Below, one piece after another: positions 1 to 9,044 of a stretch of DNA of 36,395 bases. The DNA lies in the NCBI GenBank assembly GCA_041736305.1, contig JBGSTX010000332.1:1-36395 (forward strand), in the 5' to 3' direction. Within the stretch, counting starts at the first letter, position 1. The number at the start of each line of letters is the position of its first letter. This stretch comes from Oligoflexus sp. Lineage in GTDB: Bacteria; Bdellovibrionota_B; Oligoflexia; Oligoflexales; Oligoflexaceae. The notes under the pieces were generated by a model. It was given only the letters and a program-made list of their open reading frames with translations, ran no database searches and was not told where the DNA came from. Made by a program: the position numbers and the translations under genes.

Positions 1-433
1 CTGGGGTGATGACGGCTAATTTCAGCTGAAAAAGCGCAAAAAGTATAAAGGGAATGGTAGGCGAGAGATCAGGCTGTGTGGCTCCCGTGACACCTTTGAA
101 CATAAAATAGGTCATAGGATTACCGATGAAACCGCCAATGCTGTCGCCAAACGCGAGGCTGAAGCCGACGACGATCCAGAGGATGCTGACAATTCCCATA
201 CAGATGAAGCTCTGCAGCATGGTTGAAATCACGTTCCGTCGACGAACCATGCCGCCGTAGAAGAAGGATAGGCCCGGAGTCATAAAGAGGACGAGAGCAG
301 CAGCGGCTAGCATCCAAGCCGTGTCACCGGCAGAAATCGGACCCCCGACCTTCAGCGGCTCTGAGGCCGGGAAGAGCGCGGCCGCAGTGGCAATGAGCAG
401 TAGTAGCACCATCGGAAATGAAGCGGATTTCAT
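1..433 (-). CDS. amtB: Ammonium transporter (Amt family), 5' part; runs off the left edge
   Basis: Not in the ORF track. Manual translation from ATG at 433 (SD AAGGAG upstream): MKSASFPMVLLLL...GDTAWMLAAAALVLFMTPGLSFFYGGMVRRRNVISTMLQSF...LWIVVGFSLAFG...FQLKLAVITP, the Amt N-terminal signature. Confidence 0.95.
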   Translation of the reverse strand, partial: MKSASFPMVLLLLIATAAALFPASEPLKVGGPISAGDTAWMLAAAALVLFMTPGLSFFYGGMVRRRNVISTMLQSFICMGIVSILWIVVGFSLAFGDSIGGFIGNPMTYFMFKGVTGATQPDLSPTIPFILFALFQLKLAVITP

Positions 434-504
434 GAACTTCTCCTTGTGACCCTTGTGACGTAAGCAAGCGACAGACTCGCGCAATCCACGGACTGCTCCG
501 TCGC

Positions 505-523
505 TAAGCAGGCTTCGTACCAA
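505..523 (-). promoter_or_regulatory. Sigma54 (-24/-12) promoter for amtB
   Basis: Minus strand TTGGTACGAAGCCTGCTTA: GG-N10-GC, close to TGGCAC-N5-TTGC, about 75 nt upstream of amtB, a typical nitrogen-regulated target. Confidence 0.75.
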
Positions 524-579
524 GCTTAAAAAAATGGATGAAAGCCTTAGGATTCAGTCACCTAGAGAAAAAGGAGGGA

Positions 580-624
580 CCTGAGCCGAGGAAATTTCCC
601 ACTGGAAGGTAGTAACGGCTCAGG
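580..624 (-). terminator. Inverted repeat downstream of dedA, possible terminator
   Basis: CCTGAGCCG (580-588) pairs with CGGCTCAGG (616-624) across a 27-nt loop; followed on the minus strand by TCCCTCCTTTTT. The large loop is atypical. Confidence 0.35.
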
Positions 625-663
625 GCAAGATGCTTTTTAGTAGGATATTCAGGGCGAATTTTA

Positions 664-1344
664 TTAGGACGGGAGTTCGCTACCGCTGCGGGCTTCACGC
701 GACGCTCGAATGTATTCGATCACTATGGGCAAGAGTGAAAGGCCGATAATGGCGAAAATCACCACATGGAAGTTACTTTTAACCTGAGGTAGGTTGCCAA
801 AAAAAGCTCCGCCATAAAGAAAGATCGCAACCCAAACTATCGCCCCGACGACGTTGTAGGTTTGAAAGCGGCTGTATTGCATGCGGCCTATACCAGCCAC
901 AAAAGGGGCGAAGGTCCGAATGATCGGAGCGAATCGTGCAATAATGACCGCTTTTCCTCCATGCCTTTCATAGAATTTTTGAGCCCGGAGCAGATGCTGT
1001 TTGTTGAGCAGCACTCCCGTATCTTTTCGAAATATGCGAGGCCCGAAGTATTTTCCGATCGCATAGTTCACGGCGTCACCCAGAATAGCCGCCACGATGA
1101 GGAGGAAGAGCAGCAGCTCTAAATCGAGATAAGCATTGTCTACCGCTGTAAGAGCGCCGAGCGCGAAGAGTAGAGAGTCGCCTGGCAAAAATGGAGCGAT
1201 AACGAGTCCAGTTTCGGCGAAGATAATGAGAAACAAGACGAGGTAGATTCCTGGCCCCAAAGCCGTAATCCAGTTGTTGAGATAAAGATCGAGGTGAAGA
1301 ATGATATGGACCGCGTTCTGAAGCAATTCCATCAATACCTGCAT
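664..1344 (-). CDS. dedA: DedA family membrane protein
   Basis: FAETGLVIAPFLPGDSLLF, GDAVNYAIG and ARFAPIIRTFAPFVAG motifs. Confidence 0.95.
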   Translation of the reverse strand: MQVLMELLQNAVHIILHLDLYLNNWITALGPGIYLVLFLIIFAETGLVIAPFLPGDSLLFALGALTAVDNAYLDLELLLFLLIVAAILGDAVNYAIGKYFGPRIFRKDTGVLLNKQHLLRAQKFYERHGGKAVIIARFAPIIRTFAPFVAGIGRMQYSRFQTYNVVGAIVWVAIFLYGGAFFGNLPQVKSNFHVVIFAIIGLSLLPIVIEYIRASREARSGSELPS

Positions 1345-1538
1345 CGGTGCATCCTTGATCTGTCAAATTGAAAGCACATCTTAGCAGCGTCCTTGCAAAA
1401 AACCAAGGCAGCAGCTTCTCGCAAAGCTCAAGTTCTCAGAGTATAGAGCATTTTTTTTGGGCGATTCTTTGCCGCAGGTGAACTATCTTGTGTATCACGG
1501 ACAAGATCGCTACAGGCGAACTGGAAATAGGAAACATC

Positions 1539-2714
1539 ATGAGTTCTAAACGCTGGCAACCTTATGAAATCTCAATTTTTTCGAAAATGTCTCAGCTCGC
1601 AGCAACTCATAAAGCAGTAAATCTGGCCCAAGGTTTCCCTGATTTTGATGGTCCCCAGCAAATCAAGGAGGCAGCGATTCAGGCCATCCGTTCGACGCAA
1701 AACCAGTATGCGCCGAGCATTGGCATTCCTGAACTACGCCAAGCTTTGTGCAAGAACCAGAAAGAACGGCACGGTGTGGATTACGATCCTAACGATGAAA
1801 CGACGGTCTTCTCTGGAGCGACCGAGGCTATTTTTTGCACTATTATCGGTCTCTGCGAACCTGGTGATGAGATCATAGCGTTTGAACCATTCTACGACTC
1901 ATATCCGGCTGCTGCCATGATGGCTAGCGCCGTGTTTAAGACGATCCCTTTGCAGGCGCCTCTCTGGAACTTCGATATCAAGGCTCTGCGAGCGGCGATC
2001 ACAAATAAAACCAAACTCCTCATCTGCAACACACCGCACAACCCGACCGGCAAAGTGTTCCGGCGCGAAGAACTCGAGCAGATCGCTCAACTCGCTAAAA
2101 CTCATAATTTTTACGTGATGACCGATGAAGTTTACGAGGAGCTGGTGTTCCCGCCCGCACGTTCCATGTCGATCGCGAATCTGCCAGGCATGAGAGATCG
2201 GACCGTTGCGGTCTCATCGACATCAAAGACTTTCAGCATGACCGGCTGGAAAATTGGCTACGCTTTCGCACCAGCTTATCTTACGAAGATCATCCGCATT
2301 CCACACCAGTATACAGTCTTTTGCTCGGCGACACCTCTGCAACACGGAATGGTCGCTGCTTTAAGCCTTGGCGACGAGTACTACCATATTTTTCGCGACG
2401 AGTATTCGATCAGACGAGCTCGGTTGTTTCAAATTCTCCAAGAAGCTGGCTTCAAGTGCAGGCAGCCGGAAGGCACCTACTTCATCGTTGCCGATTACAG
2501 TGCTCTTGTCGATATGCCGGATACCGAGTTTGCGGTGTGGATGACAGAAAAGGTAGGAGTGGCCTGTATCCCTCTCTCGGCTTTCTACCTCGATGCTCCT
2601 AAGGATCTTCGCTACGTCCGCTTTGGATTCTGCAAAGACTTAGCAACTATCGAGGCCGCAGGCGAGCGCCTCGCCAAGAGATTAGGACCAGCCCTCAAAG
2701 AGCTGGCGACTTGA
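1539..2714 (+). CDS. PLP-dependent class I/II aminotransferase (YbdL / methionine aminotransferase-like)
   Basis: AVNLAQGFPDF, NTPHNPTG, DEVYE and SKTFSMTGWKIG (PLP Lys) motifs. ATG 1539 preferred over the track's TTG 1488. Confidence 0.9.
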   Translation: MSSKRWQPYEISIFSKMSQLAATHKAVNLAQGFPDFDGPQQIKEAAIQAIRSTQNQYAPSIGIPELRQALCKNQKERHGVDYDPNDETTVFSGATEAIFCTIIGLCEPGDEIIAFEPFYDSYPAAAMMASAVFKTIPLQAPLWNFDIKALRAAITNKTKLLICNTPHNPTGKVFRREELEQIAQLAKTHNFYVMTDEVYEELVFPPARSMSIANLPGMRDRTVAVSSTSKTFSMTGWKIGYAFAPAYLTKIIRIPHQYTVFCSATPLQHGMVAALSLGDEYYHIFRDEYSIRRARLFQILQEAGFKCRQPEGTYFIVADYSALVDMPDTEFAVWMTEKVGVACIPLSAFYLDAPKDLRYVRFGFCKDLATIEAAGERLAKRLGPALKELAT

Positions 2715-2730
2715 GTCTTCGCAAGAGCCG

Positions 2731-3390
2731 CTAGCGAGATACGGCTTTGGTGTTCATTTCGTTCGATGCAGCTGGAAAATTCGCGTAAGCGGGTTTACGT
2801 CTGAGGATCATCTCGAGGATGAAGGCAATTATGCCTATGTTAATGGCGATATCGGCGACATTGAACACGGCAAAGTCGTGCCGCCAACCGAAGAGATTCC
2901 AGCTGACGTCGACGAAATCGATAACGTATCCCTGTATCACCCTGTCGATGAAATTACCGATGGCCCCAGCCATGATCATTACCAGACCAAAGCGAGTCAG
3001 GTGATAGTTGATAGGCAAAACCCGTAGGTAGTAGGAAATGTAGATGACGGAGAAGATCGTCACCGCATAGAAGAAGGGGACTCGAATATGATCAGGGAGA
3101 TTAGAAAGCATGCTGAAGGCGGCTCCCCGATTGCGCTGATACTGAAACTTTAAGTGCACAAAAAATGGGACTTCGCCTTCTTCTGCGAGCTCTTTGCCGA
3201 TAGATCCGACATCAACAAAGGTCGATCGATAGAGGTCGAGATCCTTTTCATCCTGGTAAGTCAAGAGCGTGCCGTGTGCATGCCTTTTGCTAATCTGGTC
3301 GAGAGCTACTGTCGACAGGAACACCAGGGCCAGCACCCCAAAAATCTGGCGGCCGCGGATGGACTTGAGAAAAGGAAAAGACAGGTTCAT
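2731..3390 (-). CDS. lspA: Lipoprotein signal peptidase II
   Basis: LDQISK, NRGAAFS, GAIGNFIDR, VIDF and FNVAD motifs. Confidence 0.95.
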   Translation of the reverse strand: MNLSFPFLKSIRGRQIFGVLALVFLSTVALDQISKRHAHGTLLTYQDEKDLDLYRSTFVDVGSIGKELAEEGEVPFFVHLKFQYQRNRGAAFSMLSNLPDHIRVPFFYAVTIFSVIYISYYLRVLPINYHLTRFGLVMIMAGAIGNFIDRVIQGYVIDFVDVSWNLFGWRHDFAVFNVADIAINIGIIAFILEMILRRKPAYANFPAASNEMNTKAVSR

Positions 3391-3521
3391 AAAAATCCTT
3401 TTTGGCTACTGCCACCCAAACAAGGCGGCGGAGACCAGGACAAATGGCCCCAGAAGCGAAACACATTCCGTTTAGCTTAACGAATCTCAGGTAGCCGTGA
3501 AAGAAGAAAGAACTTGCTCCT

Positions 3522-4868
3522 TTAGCGAGGTGACCTTGTTATTTCGAGAAGAGCCAAGCCTTCTTTGTAAGAAACGCCGCGCGTTTCTTGCCCGGTTTCA
3601 AGGTCCTTGATCGAGAGGGTCTCCGCCTTACGTTCGTCTTCGCCGACGGTCACTACTCTCGCGTAGCGTCGCTTATCAGCATATTTGAACTGATTCCCCA
3701 GCTTACCGGCTTTGAGGGCGAGATCGGCGATAAGGCCCTTGTCGCGGAGGTCAAAGAGGAGTTTAAAAGCGTAGGCCCGCTCTTCCTCACTAGCAACTGC
3801 AACAAACACTCCCTGCCGCTCAGGGGTCGTCAAAGTACCAAGCTGTTCAAGCGCAGCCAGCAGCCGATCGACGCCTATCGATCCACCGATCCCCGGTAGC
3901 TCCTGCGTCGAAAAGCGTGAGACCAGGCCGTTGTAACGTCCGCCCGAAGAAATGGAACCGAAGCCATCGAGCCCATCGATCGTAGTTTCAAATACGATTC
4001 CTGTGTAGTAGCCGAGCCCGCGCGCAATGCTGAGATCGATTCTTACTAAGGCTTTTTTGCCAGGTATGAGTTGGCGGATAATATGGACCGTCTCCTGCAA
4101 ACGCTTGATCTCATCCCGGACGAACTGCTCCCCGCAGAGTTTCTGCACCGCCTCGAGGTCTGAATCGCCGTTCGGAAGGCGCCGCGTAAGTGTATGCAGC
4201 AGAGTTTCCACGCCTTCCGCTGTTGCACCAGGAATGCTGAGAATGAGTTGGGCAACGGCGGCGTCACCGATCTTTGCCAGCTTATCGAGCGCAATCAGGA
4301 CGCGTCCTTCGCCAGCTCTTTCCAATCCAGGCAGGACAGCGTGAATAAGACCGGAAAGTATAATGCGATGACCGATAGCCATGGTAAAAGAAGTGGGGAC
4401 GAGGCTTGCTAGATTTCTGAGGATGCACGTTAAAACTTCTGCATCGGCAGCGAGACTGTCGACTCCTACGATATCAAGATCGGCCTGGCAGAACTCGCGG
4501 TAGCGACCTTTCTGAGGCTTTTCACCACGCCACGCATTGCCTATCTGGACCTTTTTAAAAGGGAAGCTGAGATCCGCGTAGTTTTCGGCCACGTAACGGG
4601 CGAAGGGTACGGTCAGGTCGAAGCGCAGTGCCACTTCCCTATCGCCGTGATCGCTGAAGCGGTAAACCTCTTTATCGGTGTCCTGTCCGCCTGTACCCAG
4701 GAGAGTCTCGGCATATTCGAGCACCGGAGTGTCGATAGGCTGGAAGCCAGCGAGCAGCGCATTTTTCCAGATTTCATCCTGAATAGAACGGCGCAGCAAA
4801 GCCTGCTGGGGCAGTAAATCGCGAAAGCCTTTCAATTTTCTCGGCTCGATGCAGTCTCGTTTGCTCAC
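3522..4868 (-). CDS. hisS: Histidine--tRNA ligase
   Basis: KGFRD, LRFDLTVPFAR, GRYREFCQ, ARGLGYYTG, GGRY and C-terminal anticodon domain. Likely start is GTG 4868 after GGGGAG; the track's extension to 5120 overlaps yhbY. Confidence 0.95.
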   Translation of the reverse strand: MSKRDCIEPRKLKGFRDLLPQQALLRRSIQDEIWKNALLAGFQPIDTPVLEYAETLLGTGGQDTDKEVYRFSDHGDREVALRFDLTVPFARYVAENYADLSFPFKKVQIGNAWRGEKPQKGRYREFCQADLDIVGVDSLAADAEVLTCILRNLASLVPTSFTMAIGHRIILSGLIHAVLPGLERAGEGRVLIALDKLAKIGDAAVAQLILSIPGATAEGVETLLHTLTRRLPNGDSDLEAVQKLCGEQFVRDEIKRLQETVHIIRQLIPGKKALVRIDLSIARGLGYYTGIVFETTIDGLDGFGSISSGGRYNGLVSRFSTQELPGIGGSIGVDRLLAALEQLGTLTTPERQGVFVAVASEEERAYAFKLLFDLRDKGLIADLALKAGKLGNQFKYADKRRYARVVTVGEDERKAETLSIKDLETGQETRGVSYKEGLALLEITRSPR

Positions 4869-5039
4869 GGCCGTGTGCTCCCCTATGTGTTTCGTGCGGC
4901 GCTTATCATAAGCTTTCGAGATAGATTTGCAAGGCCAGGCGCTTCGATCGTCGCTGTACCATGCAGGTATTACTTGCTTCCTAAAAGTAGACAGGATAGT
5001 CCTGGCATCCAGATTTGAATGGCTTTGGAGAGTCGGTTT

Positions 5040-5336
5040 ATGAAAAAGCTCAGCAGCAAGCAAATAGCCTTCCTCAGAGGAAAGGCGCACCATATCAGCC
5101 CAGTAGTTATGACTGGCCAATCAGGCGTCACTGAGGCTGTTCTTCGTGAAGTCGAGGGAACGCTTACCCATCACGAACTCATCAAAATCAAGATTCGCTG
5201 TGGAGATCAAGCTGAGTTGCTTGATATTTTGGGCAAGATTACCGAGAATGTGCAGGCTGTGCTGGTGCAAGTGATCGGGCACATCGCCGTTCTTTACAGG
5301 CCGAGCCCTCTCCGTAAAATCCGGGTTCCAGCTTAG
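5040..5336 (+). CDS. yhbY: YhbY/CRM-domain RNA-binding ribosome assembly protein
   Basis: LRGKAHHISPVV..G..G, HELIKIK, QVIGHIAVLYR; GGAG before ATG 5040. Confidence 0.92.
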   Translation: MKKLSSKQIAFLRGKAHHISPVVMTGQSGVTEAVLREVEGTLTHHELIKIKIRCGDQAELLDILGKITENVQAVLVQVIGHIAVLYRPSPLRKIRVPA

Positions 5337-5363
5337 AAACATATTTTTAAAGAGGGACAAACC

Positions 5364-5756
5364 ATGCAAAAGGCGCCAAAAATTCGGGGCATCTTTTTGC
5401 TGCGCTGTCCCTACTGCTTGGAAAGTCCCCTCCGCAAAGAGGGCTCTTGGTTTGAGTTCGCCGAAGGCTGCCCTGTTTGTCACTATCAGTACGACCGTGA
5501 AGCCGGCTATTTTTGGGGTGCACCTTGGATGGTGAGCTATCCACTGGTAGGCATTATCTGTCTCATCGCAGCCGTAGTGCTCTTTCCGCGCGTTGGCCCG
5601 TCGATCGGCATGTTAGGTCTAGCTACTTTGCTGTCGGTGATAGCGGTAGCCACAGCTGTTTTGCTCTATCCTTTTGCACGCGCGATCTGGATGGTAGGCG
5701 ATCATTTTCTGCACCCACTCAGTCCCAATGAACTCAAATTTCGGAGTTCGAAATGA
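5364..5756 (+). CDS. DUF983-like protein (two CxxC motifs, two TM helices)
   Basis: RCPYC...CPVC..YDREAGYFWGA followed by two hydrophobic helices; SD GAGG. Confidence 0.75.
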   Translation: MQKAPKIRGIFLLRCPYCLESPLRKEGSWFEFAEGCPVCHYQYDREAGYFWGAPWMVSYPLVGIICLIAAVVLFPRVGPSIGMLGLATLLSVIAVATAVLLYPFARAIWMVGDHFLHPLSPNELKFRSSK

Positions 5757-6076
5757 GTCAGGATCGATTGGTCTATTCTAGTGAGAAGGGTTCCCAGAAA
5801 AAACATAAGGAAGCCCCAAAAGGGACACTTCCTGCTCCTGGCCCCACTAAGATGCGCCTAGAGACCAAAGGTCGAGGTGGGCGCGCGGTGACTGTGCTGT
5901 GGAATTTTCCTCTGTCGGAAGACGAAGTCAAAGCCCTGATGAAGGACATACAGCAACGCGTTGCAAGCGGAGCCACTTTCAAGGAAGCCCGGGTCGAATT
6001 TCAAGGTGATGTAAAAGCCAAAGTCGAAGCCTATTTCAAAGAAAAAGGCATGAAGCTAGTCCTCGCCGGCGCTTGA
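5753..6076 (+). CDS. yciH: SUI1/YciH family translation initiation factor
   Basis: RLVYSS, RLETKGRGGRAVT, GAT.K...EFQGD; ATGA overlap with the upstream gene. Confidence 0.9.
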   Translation: MSQDRLVYSSEKGSQKKHKEAPKGTLPAPGPTKMRLETKGRGGRAVTVLWNFPLSEDEVKALMKDIQQRVASGATFKEARVEFQGDVKAKVEAYFKEKGMKLVLAGA

Positions 6077-6082
6077 TTTCGC

Positions 6083-6757
6083 CTACTCAAATGCTTTTAT
6101 AATAAAATCGAAAGGCAGAAAGCGCATATAGGCTTCATAGCCGAAGTAGCCGAGAATGGCGAAGAAAGCTACGTTCCCTAAAAATGCAGCGAAGCCGAAG
6201 AAGAGCATGAGTCCATCCCGCTCCAGTAGAGCCGCCGCCAGGAGAAGAATGCAAAGAGCAGGTGGGGCATTGGTTCCCGGCGGCAGAGGCAAAGCCAAAA
6301 GAAGTCCTGAAAAGGCGATTAGACCTCCCGCCAAAGCGTGGAGAACTGGATTGCTTATCGCCCAATCCAATCTAGGCTTCAGATATTTTTCGGCTTTCCG
6401 AAACACCTTGCTCGCAGACCTGCTTAATTTTCGAACTGTATCACCCGGCAGCGGTCTATCGAGCAGACGTTTCGGAAGGTAGGGATCCCAGCCGGTAGCT
6501 AAGGCGCCACCGAAAATCATGATCATAATACCAAAGGGCATCGAAACTCCCGGCAGGGGAATCGGCAGGATAAAAGGTGCCGCGAGAAAGAGGGTCATCA
6601 AAGCGTGACTACGCTCGCGCATCTGCCGAAAGATGATATTGAGCGTGACAGTACCCTGATCACAGAGCTCACCAATCTCATCGAATTCCTGCGAAAGACT
6701 GTGCCGCTCATGCTGCGAGTCGTGCTCTTGATTTTTTTTCGACTCAGAATTTTGCAG
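6083..6757 (-). CDS. exoD: ExoD family membrane protein; probable CTG start at 6757 (first ATG at 6622)
   Basis: PFILPIPLPGVS, LPLPPGTNAPPA and LLERDG motifs. ExoD-like sequence (SLSQEFDEI...VTLNIIF) continues upstream of ATG 6622. Start position uncertain. Confidence 0.85.
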   Translation of the reverse strand: MQNSESKKNQEHDSQHERHSLSQEFDEIGELCDQGTVTLNIIFRQMRERSHALMTLFLAAPFILPIPLPGVSMPFGIMIMIFGGALATGWDPYLPKRLLDRPLPGDTVRKLSRSASKVFRKAEKYLKPRLDWAISNPVLHALAGGLIAFSGLLLALPLPPGTNAPPALCILLLAAALLERDGLMLFFGFAAFLGNVAFFAILGYFGYEAYMRFLPFDFIIKAFE

Positions 6758-6981
6758 AAGAACCTCGTCCGAATGAAGTTAAATCGTCATATCATAGCTG
6801 CTGAGCCCGCGAATAGACTCGTTTTTTGCCAGCAATCTCAACAATTCGTTTAAAGTGATCAAATAAATTTAGATTATCTATTAAAGAGAATAAGCATTTC
6901 GACCGTAATATCTCCAGGTCTGTGAGATCTCTCGTTCCAGAAAAATCTTTCGTGGCGTGCGATCTTCAAAAGGAGAAAGTC

Positions 6982-7911
6982 ATGGCATGGTTTAAGCGAA
7001 TAGGTCTCTTTCTAGCTCTTAACTTAATAATAGTCCTCAGTTTATCGACCTTAGTGTCGGTTCTCGGTCTCGACAAGTTCCTCTATAACCAAGGCGTCGG
7101 CGGTAGCCGAGGACTCAATTACACGAGTCTCGCCCTCTTTTGCCTGGTCTGGGGTATGGGAGGCGCTTTCATATCTCTCGGGCTTTCGCGGATCATGGCC
7201 AAGTGGATGATGGGGGTGAAGCTGGTCCCTGAGAATACGACGGATCCGCGGCTGCACGAACTTCGTCAAACAGTCTACGAACTCTCCCGGGCTGCAGGCC
7301 TATCGACGATGCCAGAAGTCGGCATTTACGAAGCACCTGACCTCAACGCTTTTGCAACCGGGCCCAGCAAGTCCCGCTCACTGGTGGCGGTTTCTACCGG
7401 TCTCCTCTATCAAATGGATCGCAAACAGCTGCGCGGGGTCTTAGCTCATGAAATCGCCCACATAGCCAACGGCGACATGGTAACGATGACCCTACTGCAA
7501 GGTGTCGTCAACGCCTTCGTTATGTTCCTGGCGCGGGTCATAGCCTTTGCCATCACGCAAGTCTTCCGGGGCGATGAGGAAGAAAGCCCGGGTACGCTCG
7601 CTTATTTTGCGACGCAGATGATTCTCGAGTTGATCTTTATGATCTTCGGCTCGATGCTGGTGGCTGCCTTCTCACGGTGGCGTGAATACCGCGCCGATAA
7701 CGGCGGGGCTAGGCTGGGTGGACGCGAGAATATGATAGCAGCTCTCGAAGCTTTGAAAGCGAATTATCGCTTAGAAGGGGCGGCCCAGAGCAATGGTGCA
7801 GCTTTGAATTCGCTGAAAATCGAGAGCCATCGAAGCCGAGGCATTTTGCGCCTCTTTGCAAGTCACCCTGATCTAGATCTGCGCATTGCGCGCCTCCGTT
7901 CTGCAGTTTGA
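6982..7911 (+). CDS. htpX: Zinc metalloprotease HtpX (M48)
   Basis: NAFATG, VLAHEIAH, NGDMVTMTLLQGVVN, FSRWREYRAD, SHP; AGGAG before ATG 6982. Confidence 0.95.
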   Translation: MAWFKRIGLFLALNLIIVLSLSTLVSVLGLDKFLYNQGVGGSRGLNYTSLALFCLVWGMGGAFISLGLSRIMAKWMMGVKLVPENTTDPRLHELRQTVYELSRAAGLSTMPEVGIYEAPDLNAFATGPSKSRSLVAVSTGLLYQMDRKQLRGVLAHEIAHIANGDMVTMTLLQGVVNAFVMFLARVIAFAITQVFRGDEEESPGTLAYFATQMILELIFMIFGSMLVAAFSRWREYRADNGGARLGGRENMIAALEALKANYRLEGAAQSNGAALNSLKIESHRSRGILRLFASHPDLDLRIARLRSAV

Positions 7912-7946
7912 TTCGACTTGCCTCTTAATATTTGAAAGGGACCTTG

Positions 7947-8990
7947 ATGGTACAGAGCCTCTCATTATTTCCATTTGCCGACTACTGGTGGCTTTACTTG
8001 GCCTTTACAGGCTTGGTTTTGCTCCTACTCCTGCTCGACCTCGGGGTCTTCCATAAGAAGGCCCATACTGTCTCTTTTAAAGAGGCAGCGAGCTGGTCAG
8101 TGGTCTGGGTGAGCCTGGCTCTACTCTTCAACGTCGGACTCTATTATTTTGCCAGCTGGAGCTTCGCTCAGGATCCAGCGCTCATGAGCTCCCCCGGCTT
8201 CGTGCCTGGGGTGGCGGCCAAGCAGGTGAGTTTGGAATTTCTCACCGGCTATTTGGTCGAAAAGTCCTTGGCGGTCGACAATATTTTTATCTTTCTCATA
8301 GTCTTTGCCTACTTCAAAATCCCTTCGATCTATCAGCATCGCGTGCTCTTTTTCGGCATTTTGGGAGCTCTGATATTCAGGGGGATCTTCATTGCTCTCG
8401 GCTCTGTCCTCATGCAGTACGAATGGGTTCTCCTCGTCTTCGGAATTTTCCTGATATTCACAGGCTTAAAGATGATCTTCGGATCTGATAAAGAACCCGA
8501 TCCAGGCAAGAATCCGGTCCTGCGCCTCTTGACCCGCGTCTTGCCCCTCACTAAGGAACTGCACGGTGATCGCTTTACCGTAAAGATCGACGGCAAGCGC
8601 TACCTTACGCCGCTCTTCCTGGCCTTGGTTTTTCTCGAGCTTTCAGACATCGTTTTCGCGGTAGATTCAGTCCCGGCGATTTTCGCCCTGACCAAAGAGC
8701 CGTTCATCGTCTTTACTTCGAATATTTTTGCCATTCTCGGTCTGCGTTCGATGTACTTCATGCTCGCTGACGTCATGCACCGCTTCCACCTCTTGAAGTT
8801 TGGCTTGGCGTTCATCCTCATGTTTGTCGGTCTGAAGATGACCTGGCTCAACGAGCACTTCGGGGGCAAGTTTCCGATCGCATGGTCGCTCGGAATTATC
8901 GGATCGATCCTGGTGGGTTCGATTATCCTGTCTCTCATCATCAAGCAAAAACCAAGTTCTGTCGGTGGTCCTACGTCGGTCCAAAGTTAG
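7947..8990 (+). CDS. TerC/Alx family metal homeostasis membrane protein
   Basis: LDLGVFH, GYLVEKSLAVDNIF, QHRVLFFGILGA, DIVFAVDSVPA, TSNIFAILGLRS. Confidence 0.93.
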   Translation: MVQSLSLFPFADYWWLYLAFTGLVLLLLLLDLGVFHKKAHTVSFKEAASWSVVWVSLALLFNVGLYYFASWSFAQDPALMSSPGFVPGVAAKQVSLEFLTGYLVEKSLAVDNIFIFLIVFAYFKIPSIYQHRVLFFGILGALIFRGIFIALGSVLMQYEWVLLVFGIFLIFTGLKMIFGSDKEPDPGKNPVLRLLTRVLPLTKELHGDRFTVKIDGKRYLTPLFLALVFLELSDIVFAVDSVPAIFALTKEPFIVFTSNIFAILGLRSMYFMLADVMHRFHLLKFGLAFILMFVGLKMTWLNEHFGGKFPIAWSLGIIGSILVGSIILSLIIKQKPSSVGGPTSVQS

Positions 8991-9011
8991 TACCTAGACT
9001 CTCTTAGATCG

Positions 9012-9044
9012 AGGGCCTGCTCGCCGAGCAGGCCCTTGTTTTTT
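9012..9044 (+). terminator. Rho-independent terminator after htpX-terC
   Basis: AGGGCCTGCTC-GCC-GAGCAGGCCCT (11-bp stem) followed by TGTTTTTT. Confidence 0.88.

Noticed and set aside
3391..3521. GGCTAC/GTAGCC inverted repeat and small hairpin in the hisS-lspA spacer
   Set aside because: Stems are short and imperfect and match no known RNA motif; compatible with chance.
5002..5020. Other sigma54-like strings (TGGCATCCAGATTTGA here; also near 9110, 20567 and 35445)
   Set aside because: Wrong GG-to-GC spacing or a poor -12 element; the 20567 string has N10 spacing but ACGC instead of TTGC.
4869..5120. 84-aa N-terminal extension of HisS in the ORF track
   Set aside because: It overlaps the divergent yhbY gene and promoter region; HisS similarity and an SD begin at GTG 4868.
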